Of a DNA stretch of 64,000 nt, positions 46,617-56,704 are shown in pieces. The position numbers were made by a program, and so were the translations under genes. This DNA is from an uncultured Ignavibacteria bacterium (GTDB lineage: Bacteria; Zixibacteria; MSB-5A5; CAIYYT01), in contig CAYJKI010000010.1 of assembly GCA_964370935.1 (NCBI GenBank), positions 4,420 through 68,419 on the forward strand, given 5' to 3'. The notes beneath the pieces were generated by a model that saw nothing but the letters and a program-made list of their open reading frames with translations, was not told the origin of the DNA and did no database searches. Numbering within the stretch: the stretch's first letter is position 1; each line of letters begins with the position of its first letter.

Positions 46617-47660
46617 TTAGTAACTCACATGAAGTTGAACAAAGAAATCGACTTGGTTTTTGCGTTGACCTTCACCAATGTAGGTCATTGCCGGGCGCAG
46701 CTCGACAAACGGAATCGGGAAGAATTCAAAGGAAAACCGCCAGAACTCGTTGGTGCCGGTCTTGGCGCTCCAATCCGGGTCGTGGAAATTGTATTCGCTG
46801 ATGAAGTAGAGTCCGTAGATGATTCGCGAAGCCATTTGTGCGTAGAGTGTACGTTGTTCGTTGCCTTTACCAACTGAACCGACCTCACCCATGAGAGTGA
46901 AGCGGTCATAAGATAATCCCCCGAACAGTGACTTGGAAATCGGATAGCCGCGATAGCTGCCGTTGATCGCTTCTGATTGACGCCACGAGAGGCCGGTCAA
47001 AAAGCCGACTGAACCGAAGGCACCGGCACGGAACGAGTGAAGCACGGCAACGCGCTGTCCGTCCGGTTCGTAAAATTCGAGAGAAACGTTGGAGCCCTCG
47101 AAGAAATTTCCGCCAACGGAAAGACCGTCGACATTCAGTTCGGGACCAAGGAGGGGCACGGTACGAACATAGGCATTGTGGTCGGAGTCGCGCAGGCCAT
47201 AAGCGGGATAGAAGCGGCCCGCCTTAAGCCAATAGTGTTCATCCTTGAACTTCAGCAGCAAGTAGCTGTCTTTGACGTAGGTTTGTCCGAAGGTCAAGTT
47301 ATAGCTGACATTCTTGAGCAGTTCGATATTGAGGTAAAGGTCGGTTTGCATTCGGAAGAATCTGCCCTGTTCGAGATATAACATCCGATAGTCGATGCCG
47401 TAGGTCAAGTTGTCGGAAATTCGCGGCTTCAAGCGATACGGTTCGACCAGTTTCTTGGTACTTTGCAGACAAAGCTCGTTAAAGGACACAGCAAAATTCC
47501 CGAATTCGTTGCGCATCCCGCCGCCATTGGGGCTGACATGGCAGGTAACGCATGGTGTGGCATGTTCGAGCGACAACCTGGGAATACTGTATATCGTAAT
47601 CGAAGTCATAATCAGGAACGAGAACAAAAAGAATGCAAAAATGCGCAGTTTCGAAGTCAT
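46617..47660 (-). CDS. Monoheme cytochrome c - beta-barrel fusion (Cyc2-like architecture)
   Basis: Signal peptide then IPRLSLEHATPCVTCHVSPNGGGMRNEFG; amphipathic beta-strands; GRFYPAYGL; C-terminal QLHVSY barrel signal. Confidence 0.72.
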   Translation of the reverse strand: MTSKLRIFAFFLFSFLIMTSITIYSIPRLSLEHATPCVTCHVSPNGGGMRNEFGNFAVSFNELCLQSTKKLVEPYRLKPRISDNLTYGIDYRMLYLEQGRFFRMQTDLYLNIELLKNVSYNLTFGQTYVKDSYLLLKFKDEHYWLKAGRFYPAYGLRDSDHNAYVRTVPLLGPELNVDGLSVGGNFFEGSNVSLEFYEPDGQRVAVLHSFRAGAFGSVGFLTGLSWRQSEAINGSYRGYPISKSLFGGLSYDRFTLMGEVGSVGKGNEQRTLYAQMASRIIYGLYFISEYNFHDPDWSAKTGTNEFWRFSFEFFPIPFVELRPAMTYIGEGQRKNQVDFFVQLHVSY

Positions 47661-47877
47661 AGATCCTCAACCCGCAGCGGGGGCTGCTGTGGTACAAATA
47701 AAATAGCCTACATAGATAGAGACGTGGGTGTCTCGCTATCGTACACTGAATGGGTCAATTTTCTACAATTGCGACATGATTGTCAAGCTGAGTTCATTGA
47801 TTGGCAGCAATCATTGCAGTCTGACAGTTGGGCTAACTGTCACGGTTTTGTCACGGAAGCGGCGGTCGTGGGTAGAA

Positions 47878-49347
47878 TCAAGCGAAAGACTGAAGTATGT
47901 AGTTGGACAGATTGACCGGCAGTTCCTGCGGCTCGACGGCGCGGACGATTTGTCGGCCGAACTCTCCCACCTCGTTTCGACGGCTCAAGTCAACTTCTTC
48001 AGCGATTTCATATAGGTGATCGAGGTTGCCGATGACTTTCACGATCGGGTGGAAGAGATCATCTGCATTGCGGGCAATTACGAGTCCCAGACTCTGATCG
48101 TCGAGCAGCAGCAGCGACCCGGGCGGATAGACGGAGACGGTCTTGACAAACATCTTCAGCAATAGCGAGTCAAACTTGTGGCCTGCCTGCTCGAGCATGT
48201 TTCGCAGAACGTGTTCGGGTGACATTGGATCGCGGCGATATACGCGACCGGACGTGAGCGCATCGAATACATCGCAGATTGCGACAATCTTGCTGTAGAG
48301 ATTGAGATTTCGACGGAAACGAACCAGCGGGTAACCGGTGCCGTCAAGATTGAAGTGATGTTCAAATGCCACCAACATGGCACGGCAGCTGTTCTCATCA
48401 AAGGGCATTGTCTTGGCGAGAGCCAGGACGCCATAAGTCGGGTGCTTACGCATCAATTCCCACTCGGCATCGTCGAATTCGGTCGGTTTATTGAGTATTT
48501 GAAGAGGCAGGCGGGTCTTGCCGATGTCATGAAACAACGCGGCAAAGCCCAGATTCGCCAATTCAGTCTTAGTCAGCTGGAGAGCTGATCCCAGGCAGAT
48601 TGAGTATACGCAGACATTGGTAGAGTGGAGGTAGGTGTATTCGTCGTGAGCACGCAACGCAGTCAATTCGAGCAGGTAGCGATCATCAGAAACAACCTGG
48701 TCAACCAGGGAGTGAACAATGCGGTTGGTACGTGCGAGGTCGATAGTGCGATTGGCGCTGATGTTTCCGACTACGGACTTGAGATTGTTGATTGCCGAGA
48801 AGAAGGTTCGTTTGGCGAACTGGCGCCGCAAACGTGACTCATCCATGTTTTCCGAAGTCTCGTGTACGGGCGGGAGGACTTCGATATAGTCCAACCGTTG
48901 CCGGGCGAATTGCTGGTTCAACCGGTCGTAGTCAGCGATTCCGGCGTCTTCGGCGTCGTTAAGTAGTTTGGCCAAGGTAACCAGATGCTCCTCGCTGACG
49001 CCGACGTCAATCATCAGTCCGGAGATATGCAGTTTCTGGAACAGGTAAAGGAGGTATCCGGAATTGGACTCGATGTCATACTCGGTCTTGATGCGAATGC
49101 CGCAAAAGAACAAGTAGCCGGACTGGACCTGGATGGTGAGGTCGCCATATTCTTCCAGCAGTTCGTTCAGGAGCCGATTAAGCGACTCTTTCTGGTGTAC
49201 GAAATTGTTGTTGTCGCGCTCATAAAGGCGGGACGTCTTGAGGAAGATTCGCAGTTGATTGACCAGCGCAGTGCCGTGCTTCGAATAGGCGGCTTCCTGG
49301 GCGGGAGTGAGAAGACCGTTGGTAACGGGATCGTTGGCTGCGGACAT
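47878..49347 (-). CDS. HD-GYP domain cyclic-dinucleotide phosphodiesterase
   Basis: YTYLHSTNV, HDIGK, EHH, DGTGYP, ICDVFDALTSGRVYR. Confidence 0.9.
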   Translation of the reverse strand: MSAANDPVTNGLLTPAQEAAYSKHGTALVNQLRIFLKTSRLYERDNNNFVHQKESLNRLLNELLEEYGDLTIQVQSGYLFFCGIRIKTEYDIESNSGYLLYLFQKLHISGLMIDVGVSEEHLVTLAKLLNDAEDAGIADYDRLNQQFARQRLDYIEVLPPVHETSENMDESRLRRQFAKRTFFSAINNLKSVVGNISANRTIDLARTNRIVHSLVDQVVSDDRYLLELTALRAHDEYTYLHSTNVCVYSICLGSALQLTKTELANLGFAALFHDIGKTRLPLQILNKPTEFDDAEWELMRKHPTYGVLALAKTMPFDENSCRAMLVAFEHHFNLDGTGYPLVRFRRNLNLYSKIVAICDVFDALTSGRVYRRDPMSPEHVLRNMLEQAGHKFDSLLLKMFVKTVSVYPPGSLLLLDDQSLGLVIARNADDLFHPIVKVIGNLDHLYEIAEEVDLSRRNEVGEFGRQIVRAVEPQELPVNLSNYILQSFA

Positions 49348-51131
49348 CAGACTTCCTCCCGGCGCTTATTGATCTGTGACTTCGCTCGCCGGGCGGCAGC
49401 GGCGATGTGGCTGCGACTGTCATTTGACAGGTGATCGAGCATCCTTGTGACTTGCTCCACCGGCGATACGGCCAAAGCAAGAACGGTTGCTTCCTGAAGA
49501 CGATGCAGGCGCGCTTTGTTGAACAACGCGGTTTTCGCGATGATTTCACCACAAACTGCCAGAGACTCTTCACCTCCGCAGGTAACCAGAGACTCGAGGA
49601 TTTGCCGCATCTCTGTCGCCGGGGCATCGGGAAAATCCTTTTCACGGACGACATCAGTTAGACCCTGGCAGGCAGCGCGAGTATGGTTTTGCCCCAGTTC
49701 CCGTGCAGCTTGCATCCGGATTTTCTCCGATTCGTCGCGGAGCATGGTTTGCAGAACACCGGCCGCTTTATCTCCGCCAAGTTTTCCGAGTGCCTTGATG
49801 ACCTCGGTTTTGACCCGGGGTTCATTGTGTTTGGCCGCCTTGGTTAGAAACGGTATTGCCTGAAGAGTCTTCATCTCTCCCAACACCCAAACAACATTGC
49901 GGGCGACAAACCATCGGCTGTCGTAAACGGCGCCGCCGAGGATGTCGATCTTTTCGAATCCTTTCTTCACCAACAGATCACAGACCATCTTGCGCGCCGG
50001 ATAATGAGAAAGTTCGCCAAGCATCCACAGGAGGTTGTTGAGTGATTCCCAGCCAAGCAAGGAAAGGTAGGCTTCGACGGAAGTCAGGTCGATCTCCTGA
50101 TCCTTGTTGAGGATTGTGGTGATCATTTTTATACGAACACCGTCACCGCAGCGAGTTTCGAATTCTTTGACTCGTTTCTTGACAATGTGCGATTCAAACT
50201 GATCTTGTTCCAGGATCCGGCGAACGCTGATCACGATATCGCACAATGTCATGAAGTTGCCATCGTCGATGAGCCGGTCAAACGTTGATTGCAGAGCTTC
50301 GGCGGTCAGACGCATATCCTGCGGTCCGGAATTTTCCGAACAGAGCTGGAGCAGGAGATCGACAACTTCCCGCTTGGTATCTTTGGCGCGGTCTTCACTG
50401 ATCAGAGCCTCGAGACCTTGCTGCTCCTGTTGGCTAACAGTTTCAATTCCGCCAAACGAGTCGATCATGAATTGCCGGGTTTCTTCGGCTTGAGCCTGCA
50501 GAGTTTGGCCACTCATAGGCCAGGAGATCTTGCTGCCGGGAATATATGATGCACGGGTTCCGGCAAAAGTATGCTGTGATTGTTCGTTGGCGAACTCGGG
50601 AAACATTCCGGTAACCTCGCCAGACTCAAACGAGTCGATGACCTGGTAATGGATATTCTCGAAGGCCGCCTTCCAGAAGTAATTCACGATGTCTTGTGGT
50701 TCATCATTTTGCTCCGAGCAGGCAACGAAGGCGTCGAAAAGAGAGTCAATTTCGCTCGCGCTGACCGAGGGCTGAATTTCCAGCAGGCGGATGCCGCTAC
50801 GGTGTAAGATATGCGCGATGTTGTCATTGCTGGTGGGACCGCGAAACACGCTTTCGTCCCCGGCATCAAATCCATCAATCGAAACCGACAGTGAAATGCG
50901 CTCCGAGTGTTCGAAATACCGAGCCAATTGATCGCGGAAAATTCGTTTGAACTGCTGGGGAATTGGATGTTCGGACGGATATTGTCGCGAAGCCCGCAAT
51001 CCCTTGCCGAGACTTATTATCAAGTCGCGCAGTTCGGCTATCTCACCGACGCCGTAGGAGATGTTGGACGGCTGATGCAGATTCTCCAGATCGATATCCT
51101 TTTCGCTGATGTTTACATCCTTGTTCGTCAA
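49347..51131 (-). CDS. HEAT-repeat protein coupled to the HD-GYP gene
   Basis: YPSEHP N-terminal motif; DSRWFVARNVVWVLG, RVKTEVIKALG, DESEKIRMQAARELG. Confidence 0.82.
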   Translation of the reverse strand: MTNKDVNISEKDIDLENLHQPSNISYGVGEIAELRDLIISLGKGLRASRQYPSEHPIPQQFKRIFRDQLARYFEHSERISLSVSIDGFDAGDESVFRGPTSNDNIAHILHRSGIRLLEIQPSVSASEIDSLFDAFVACSEQNDEPQDIVNYFWKAAFENIHYQVIDSFESGEVTGMFPEFANEQSQHTFAGTRASYIPGSKISWPMSGQTLQAQAEETRQFMIDSFGGIETVSQQEQQGLEALISEDRAKDTKREVVDLLLQLCSENSGPQDMRLTAEALQSTFDRLIDDGNFMTLCDIVISVRRILEQDQFESHIVKKRVKEFETRCGDGVRIKMITTILNKDQEIDLTSVEAYLSLLGWESLNNLLWMLGELSHYPARKMVCDLLVKKGFEKIDILGGAVYDSRWFVARNVVWVLGEMKTLQAIPFLTKAAKHNEPRVKTEVIKALGKLGGDKAAGVLQTMLRDESEKIRMQAARELGQNHTRAACQGLTDVVREKDFPDAPATEMRQILESLVTCGGEESLAVCGEIIAKTALFNKARLHRLQEATVLALAVSPVEQVTRMLDHLSNDSRSHIAAAARRAKSQINKRREEV

Positions 51132-51252
51132 AGACGTGATTACGCTTTAGCAGCGCCTGAAGAAGTCACAATCGATCGAGGCTTTTCGTGAAACGAAAAC
51201 GGGATGATTCATTACGAAACAGGACCGCGAAGGAACTGGTAACGAGGAATAT

Positions 51253-52170
51253 CTAGAAATGAGGATCCAACGCGCGCGAGAGTTTGCCGCCGGCGCGCTC
51301 TAATTGACGCTTGGCGGTTTCATAGTTAGCCGGCAGTAAATGCATCGCAATGGCGGTCTTGACTTCACCATGTGACCGTTTGAGGAGCATACCGGCCGCG
51401 ATGTAGCTGATTCCCAGTGTTTCGACCAGAATTCGGCGTGAGCGTTCGGCGAGTTTTCGCGACGTCGCGCGCAGGTCCACCATCAGATTGCCGTAGGTCT
51501 TTCCGACCTGCACCATGGCGGTTGTAGTAATCATGTTAAGAATCAACTTCGTCGCTGTACCGGCCTTGAGGCGGGTAGAACCAGTGAGAATTTCCGGGCC
51601 AAGCACGGGAGCAATCAGACAGTCAACATAGCGAGGTTTCCGAGGCAGGTTGTTGCAGACGATGAGCGCCGTTTTTGCCCTGTTGGCTTTGGCGTATTTC
51701 AATACCGCCAGAGGATAGGGAGTTCGACCGGAAGCTGCGATTCCAATGACCGTGTCGCGACGTGTCGGTTTGAGTTTCGCGATGTCCTTGACCGCCGCCG
51801 CCTCGTCATCTTCAACACCTTCACGAGAACGCACCAGTGTTTGCCGTCCACCGGCGATAACCGCCTGAACCATTCGTGGGGAAACTCCAAAAGTGGGTGG
51901 ACATTCGGCGGCATCGAGAACCCCCAAGCGCCCGGAAGTGCCTGCACCTGCATAGATCAGCCGACCGCCACTGCGGAAGGAGTTAGCGACGATGTCGACG
52001 ACGCGCGAGATTTCGGGAATAACTTTGGAGACAGCGACTGGAACAGCACGGTCTTCGCGGTTCATAAGGTTGAGGACGGCACGTGTGTCAAGGCGATCGA
52101 GGCTCTGCGAAAACTTGTTTCGCGACTCGGTCGTTAAGGTTCGAAGTTGTTCGTATAGTTTCTTGCCCAT
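51253..52170 (-). CDS. murQ: N-acetylmuramic acid 6-phosphate etherase
   Basis: GAGTSGRLGVLDAAECPPTFG, GIAASGRTPY, GPEILTGSTRLKAGTATKLILNM, GNLMVD. Confidence 0.97.
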   Translation of the reverse strand: MGKKLYEQLRTLTTESRNKFSQSLDRLDTRAVLNLMNREDRAVPVAVSKVIPEISRVVDIVANSFRSGGRLIYAGAGTSGRLGVLDAAECPPTFGVSPRMVQAVIAGGRQTLVRSREGVEDDEAAAVKDIAKLKPTRRDTVIGIAASGRTPYPLAVLKYAKANRAKTALIVCNNLPRKPRYVDCLIAPVLGPEILTGSTRLKAGTATKLILNMITTTAMVQVGKTYGNLMVDLRATSRKLAERSRRILVETLGISYIAAGMLLKRSHGEVKTAIAMHLLPANYETAKRQLERAGGKLSRALDPHF

Positions 52171-52172
52171 TC

Positions 52173-52943
52173 CTATGAGCCGGCTACTGCCGTAATCGTT
52201 TTGCGCGGCGAGATATAGATTGCTCCGAACTTGCCAGTAACGCCGACCCGATCAATGTTCTCGATGAATACATCGCCGGGAATCGTAAACGGAATGTATG
52301 GCGACGAAATCGGCTGTTCGATGCGGGAGACGACCCAGACATTGTAGGTGCCAGTCTTGTAGTTGCCTTGCGAATCGCGGAAGGCATCGAGGGGGATCGT
52401 CCCTTGTGTCCCGGAAAACAAGTTGAATGAACCGACAGCATCATTCAACGATGAACTTGGTTCAGTCACGATGAAGTAGCCGCCAGCGACGTTTTCAAAA
52501 TCTGAAGCCGTCCAGCGGACATTTACAATATTGGTTGAACTGAATACCTGATTGTTCGGCAGTTGTTCAAAGTCGAATGAAAACGTATCGGGAACAACGA
52601 TCAACTGCTGAAACTGGAACGGATCCAGCGGGGTCGTGATTGAGATCAGCGAAGTGTCGGATAGCAGGGCCGGATCGAGATTGGCGGTATACCTGCCGTT
52701 TCCAAGCGATTGCACGCCTTGATCGTCTACCTTGAGGACGGCGGACACGAAAGCAGCGGAGTCCTTAAATATCTCGGCATAGACATTGACGGATCCGGTT
52801 TCACCGTTTCGAGCAAGTAAGATGTTGATTATCCAGTTGCTCTTGGTGTTTCCGTCAGTGCTGGTGTCGCCACAGGATGTCAATACAAGAGCAGAAACGA
52901 GTGTCATACCCGCAATAGTCAGCAAAAGCAGCGTCTTTCTCAT
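52173..52943 (-). CDS. Lipoprotein of unknown function
   Basis: Lipobox LTSC after hydrophobic signal peptide. Confidence 0.7.
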   Translation of the reverse strand: MRKTLLLLTIAGMTLVSALVLTSCGDTSTDGNTKSNWIINILLARNGETGSVNVYAEIFKDSAAFVSAVLKVDDQGVQSLGNGRYTANLDPALLSDTSLISITTPLDPFQFQQLIVVPDTFSFDFEQLPNNQVFSSTNIVNVRWTASDFENVAGGYFIVTEPSSSLNDAVGSFNLFSGTQGTIPLDAFRDSQGNYKTGTYNVWVVSRIEQPISSPYIPFTIPGDVFIENIDRVGVTGKFGAIYISPRKTITAVAGS

Positions 52944-53087
52944 TGTTATCTCGCAATTCTTTTAGGCTTAGAGTTGGCAAACAGGTCAAGCGACTCTCAT
53001 TATATACTTATCGGCAAAACCTGCGCCATTCTGAAACATGATATCCTCTGTGGTTACACGGCTCAACAAAAATCTGGCCGAGCACCA

Positions 53088-53741
53088 TTATTCGGGCAAT
53101 TTCGGAGTCTCAATACCATCGATAATTGCGAGATTGAGAAACAAATCGCCGTCGTCAATCATGCCGATTCCCTTTGCCCAGATCTCCGAGTAAACAGTAG
53201 TATCCTCTGCGACAGTGCCGTTTTTGAGATAAACCTTGCTGACGTAGTTGTAATCGAGCTTGAAACAACTATCAAGCGTGACTTGATTGAGTGTGCGAGT
53301 GATATAGCCGTCAAACGAGAGAGTTCCATATGTCCGGATCGAGTCAGCGTCGGAAACAAACGCATCACTGATTCGTCCGAGGGAAGAGAATTGGAGAGGA
53401 GTTTCTTTGACCATATTCAGCGGTATCTGAAGCGGTGGGTCAAACCAGAGGAAACCCTCGAATAGATGCTGGGAAAAGCTCTGCGCATTGATCGACCAAG
53501 CCTGATCAGTGTCTGGTCCCTTGAGGATTCGCTTGCAAAGAACACCATTCACGGTTGTGTCGCCGTCGACTTTGCGGATAATGTTACCGCTATTATAATA
53601 CCAAGTATCGCCGTTGTGCATTGGGAAGTAGGCGGCGGCATCGACCATTTCAACCTTCTTCTCGGGTTCAACCGGATCGCTGCAGCCAAGAATGTAGGCT
53701 ACGACAACGAATACTGCGAGAAAGGGGACAAGAATTCTCAA
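53088..53741 (-). CDS. Lipoprotein of unknown function
   Basis: Lipobox ILGC; YFPMHNGDTWYY and WAKGIGMI motifs typical of beta-rich FCB lipoproteins. Confidence 0.75.
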   Translation of the reverse strand: MRILVPFLAVFVVVAYILGCSDPVEPEKKVEMVDAAAYFPMHNGDTWYYNSGNIIRKVDGDTTVNGVLCKRILKGPDTDQAWSINAQSFSQHLFEGFLWFDPPLQIPLNMVKETPLQFSSLGRISDAFVSDADSIRTYGTLSFDGYITRTLNQVTLDSCFKLDYNYVSKVYLKNGTVAEDTTVYSEIWAKGIGMIDDGDLFLNLAIIDGIETPKLPE

Positions 53742-53883
53742 TCATCCTCCGGGGAAAGAACTATAATATCACTACAATTATCGGCTCCAAAGTTCAACAA
53801 CCTATAGACGTATAAGTTTCGTTATAATCGAGGGAATTCTATTTGAGAATGGCTGGGGTTCCCGCCCGCCGTTATATTAAAGG

Positions 53884-55080
53884 ATGGAAATGCAGAGCCC
53901 TCTTGACCAAAAAATCCACTCATTGGCGCATGCACTGCATAGGCGTTCGGTCACAATCCGCCGTGATTTGCATCGTATTCCGGAAACGGCTTGGCAAGAA
54001 CACAAGACATCGGCGTACCTAAAGAAAGCGCTGGCCGACAGTGGCATCAAGTTCAAATCTGTCGCAGGTACCGGTATTTTGGCGGAAATCTCCTCGGGCA
54101 AGGGTAAATGCGTAGCCATCCGCACCGATATTGATGCGCTGCCGATAGAGGAACAAACCGGCTATTCGTTCAAATCGATTCACCTGGGTCGGATGCACGC
54201 CTGTGGCCATGATATGCACATGGCGACCGTAACGACGACGGCCATCATGCTATCGCGACTAAAAGCACATTTCCACGGTTCGGTCAAGATCTTGTATCAA
54301 CCTTCCGAAGAGGAACCTCCGGGTGGTGCGCTGCAACTTATCAAAGAAGGAGTGCTTTCACGTCCTCGGGTAGATATGATTTTCGGCATGCACGTGAATT
54401 CAGCCTATCCAACCGGGACGATTGCAGTCCGCGATGGGGCGTTTTTTGCAGGTGTGCTGGATTTCGACGTTACGGTCATTGGAATTGGCGGGCACGGAGC
54501 GATTCCGCATCGAACAGCCGATCCGATCATCTGCACTTCTGCAATCGTAACAGCGCTTCAGACGATTGTCGCACGAAACATCGATCCGTTTGAACCGGCT
54601 GTGGTCACCATTGGTAGAATTGAAGGGGGTACTGCGCGGAACATTATCCCGCCGACCTGCCGAATTCAAGGCACAGCGCGGGCGCAAAGCGCGGTAACAC
54701 TGCAACTGCTAAAGAAAAGAATCGCAATGATCGTGAGCGGAATCGCACGCAGCCACAGATGCAAAGCCACAATCAGCTGGATTGCCAGCTATCCTCCGCT
54801 CATCAATCATTTATCGGCAAATAGATTGATAACCGGCTCGGCAAGTACGCTGTTTGGCGCCAAAAGCATCAAGAAGATACTCCATCCATCGATGGGTGGC
54901 GAGGACTTCGCACGTTATGTGCAGGCTGTTCCCGGTGCGATGTTCTTCCTGGGTGTCGGCAATGCCAAGCTCGGAGCGGTCCACGCCTGGCACCATCCGA
55001 AGTTCAAAGCCGACGAGAAGGCGATACCGATGGGAGCTGCCGTTTTGACCAAGTCAGCGATTGATTTTTTGAATGAGTAA
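53884..55080 (+). CDS. M20D amidohydrolase
   Basis: RRDLHRIPE, RTDIDALP, MHACGHD, QPSEE, GGHGA, MGGEDF, HHPKF. Confidence 0.93.
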   Translation: MEMQSPLDQKIHSLAHALHRRSVTIRRDLHRIPETAWQEHKTSAYLKKALADSGIKFKSVAGTGILAEISSGKGKCVAIRTDIDALPIEEQTGYSFKSIHLGRMHACGHDMHMATVTTTAIMLSRLKAHFHGSVKILYQPSEEEPPGGALQLIKEGVLSRPRVDMIFGMHVNSAYPTGTIAVRDGAFFAGVLDFDVTVIGIGGHGAIPHRTADPIICTSAIVTALQTIVARNIDPFEPAVVTIGRIEGGTARNIIPPTCRIQGTARAQSAVTLQLLKKRIAMIVSGIARSHRCKATISWIASYPPLINHLSANRLITGSASTLFGAKSIKKILHPSMGGEDFARYVQAVPGAMFFLGVGNAKLGAVHAWHHPKFKADEKAIPMGAAVLTKSAIDFLNE

Positions 55081-56557
55081 GCTGCTGCTAATAGTCTTCC
55101 TGTTTGGCCCGACCGTTTCCGCCAGCGGACAGCGGGTTTATAATTATTATCGCCCCGGTGACTGGGTAAGCTTCACCAACACCCGCTATGTGACCGGAAT
55201 CGCCCGCGGTTTCAACACGATCTATTTTGCCACCACCGGGGGAATACTGCGCTACGACAAGGCGTTTGAGGAATGGCTCGATCCGCTGACCGTTTCGGAC
55301 GGAATGCCCGACAACCGCGTCAGGCGGATTGCCGTCGATCGATTGACGGACGATATCTGGGTTGATACGCCGAGCGGAGCGAGTTATTACAATCCGGGTT
55401 TTCAGGACTGGTCTACGATTGCCAACTTCCCAACCGAGAAATTGCAGCAATCCAGCATTTCTGCAGCACAATTGCCCCAGTTCTTCGTTCCACCGGGCTA
55501 CTCCTACTTTGCGCCGGGAATACTCACCGACCGTGAGTTGGCACAATTTCGCATCACGCAAATTCTCGAGGATGACAACGATATCGCCTGGATGGGGATT
55601 TGGGGTATTGGTCCGGCCAAAGGCGACCTGGCAATTAATGATCTGGCAGTAATGCCACAGGGAATCTACGACGATGACGTTGCCACAATGGACTCCGATG
55701 GCGACGAATTCTGGTTTCTCGGCGGCGGGGACGGTTTGCCGGGGACAATAACAGCCTACAATCGATCCCAAAGTGAATGGGAGTATTTCGATTCACGTCT
55801 TGATCGCGGGATTAATTCAGATCAGTACTACGCCATTGCGCATGATGCCAAAAGTGTTTGGATCGGGACCGAGAGGGGACTGGTCCGAATGGACCGCAAA
55901 TCGCGGACTTTTCGATCGTACGGCCAGTTCGACGGCATTTCCGGCGAACGAGTAACGGCGCTATTGGCTGTAAAGAACAATCTGATCATCGGCACTGATC
56001 GTGGCGTATCGGTGTTTGATATCCGCCGCGACTCAATTTACGATGCCAATACCGACATCATGCTGCCTCGAGTGATCTACGATTTTGCCAAGGGTGATTC
56101 GATCATTTATGCGGCGACTGACATTGGAGTGTTCTCGCTGGTTTGGGGAGGAAGCGAATGGCGGCGATTTCTGCTCGATTCTCCGCATTTGCGTTCTGGC
56201 GTCTACCAGATTCAGGTCGTTGACTCGCTGCTGTACACTGTCGGCGACGACGGAGTAGTCGTCGTTGACCTCAAGAGTGCGGCAAACACAATATTTGATC
56301 GGAGCACCGTGTTCAAGAACGCTGATTTGACAGCGCTGTTAGTCCACGACAACGTCATCTGGGCTGGTGGAGTAAGCGGACTCTATCGCTACAATAGCCG
56401 TAAGGATAACTGGTATCGTTATACGCCGAGTGATGGCCTGATTGGAATCCGCGTCAGGTCGATCATCGCCGACGGCGACTTCGTGTGGATCGGCACCGAC
56501 CGCGGCGTTAGCAGATTTCGTTGGAACGATTTTGATCGCAGCGATTGGCTGCAATAG
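55073..56557 (+). CDS. Secreted beta-propeller protein
   Basis: Signal peptide; repeated W-I-G-T-x-x-G blades (VWIGTERGL, LIIGTDRGV, VWIGTDRGV). Confidence 0.8.
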   Translation: MSKLLLIVFLFGPTVSASGQRVYNYYRPGDWVSFTNTRYVTGIARGFNTIYFATTGGILRYDKAFEEWLDPLTVSDGMPDNRVRRIAVDRLTDDIWVDTPSGASYYNPGFQDWSTIANFPTEKLQQSSISAAQLPQFFVPPGYSYFAPGILTDRELAQFRITQILEDDNDIAWMGIWGIGPAKGDLAINDLAVMPQGIYDDDVATMDSDGDEFWFLGGGDGLPGTITAYNRSQSEWEYFDSRLDRGINSDQYYAIAHDAKSVWIGTERGLVRMDRKSRTFRSYGQFDGISGERVTALLAVKNNLIIGTDRGVSVFDIRRDSIYDANTDIMLPRVIYDFAKGDSIIYAATDIGVFSLVWGGSEWRRFLLDSPHLRSGVYQIQVVDSLLYTVGDDGVVVVDLKSAANTIFDRSTVFKNADLTALLVHDNVIWAGGVSGLYRYNSRKDNWYRYTPSDGLIGIRVRSIIADGDFVWIGTDRGVSRFRWNDFDRSDWLQ

Positions 56558-56704
56558 GCAGAAGTCTGAATAGTGCAAGTGCTGCGCATCAGATCATGCA
56601 AAAAAATAAGCAACCTCTTCACTCGCTTTTGAGTAAATTATAACCTAACAGGGCGAGTGGAAAAAATCCCACTGTCCGCGGGTAAACACCTGAAGGCAGG
56701 ATAA

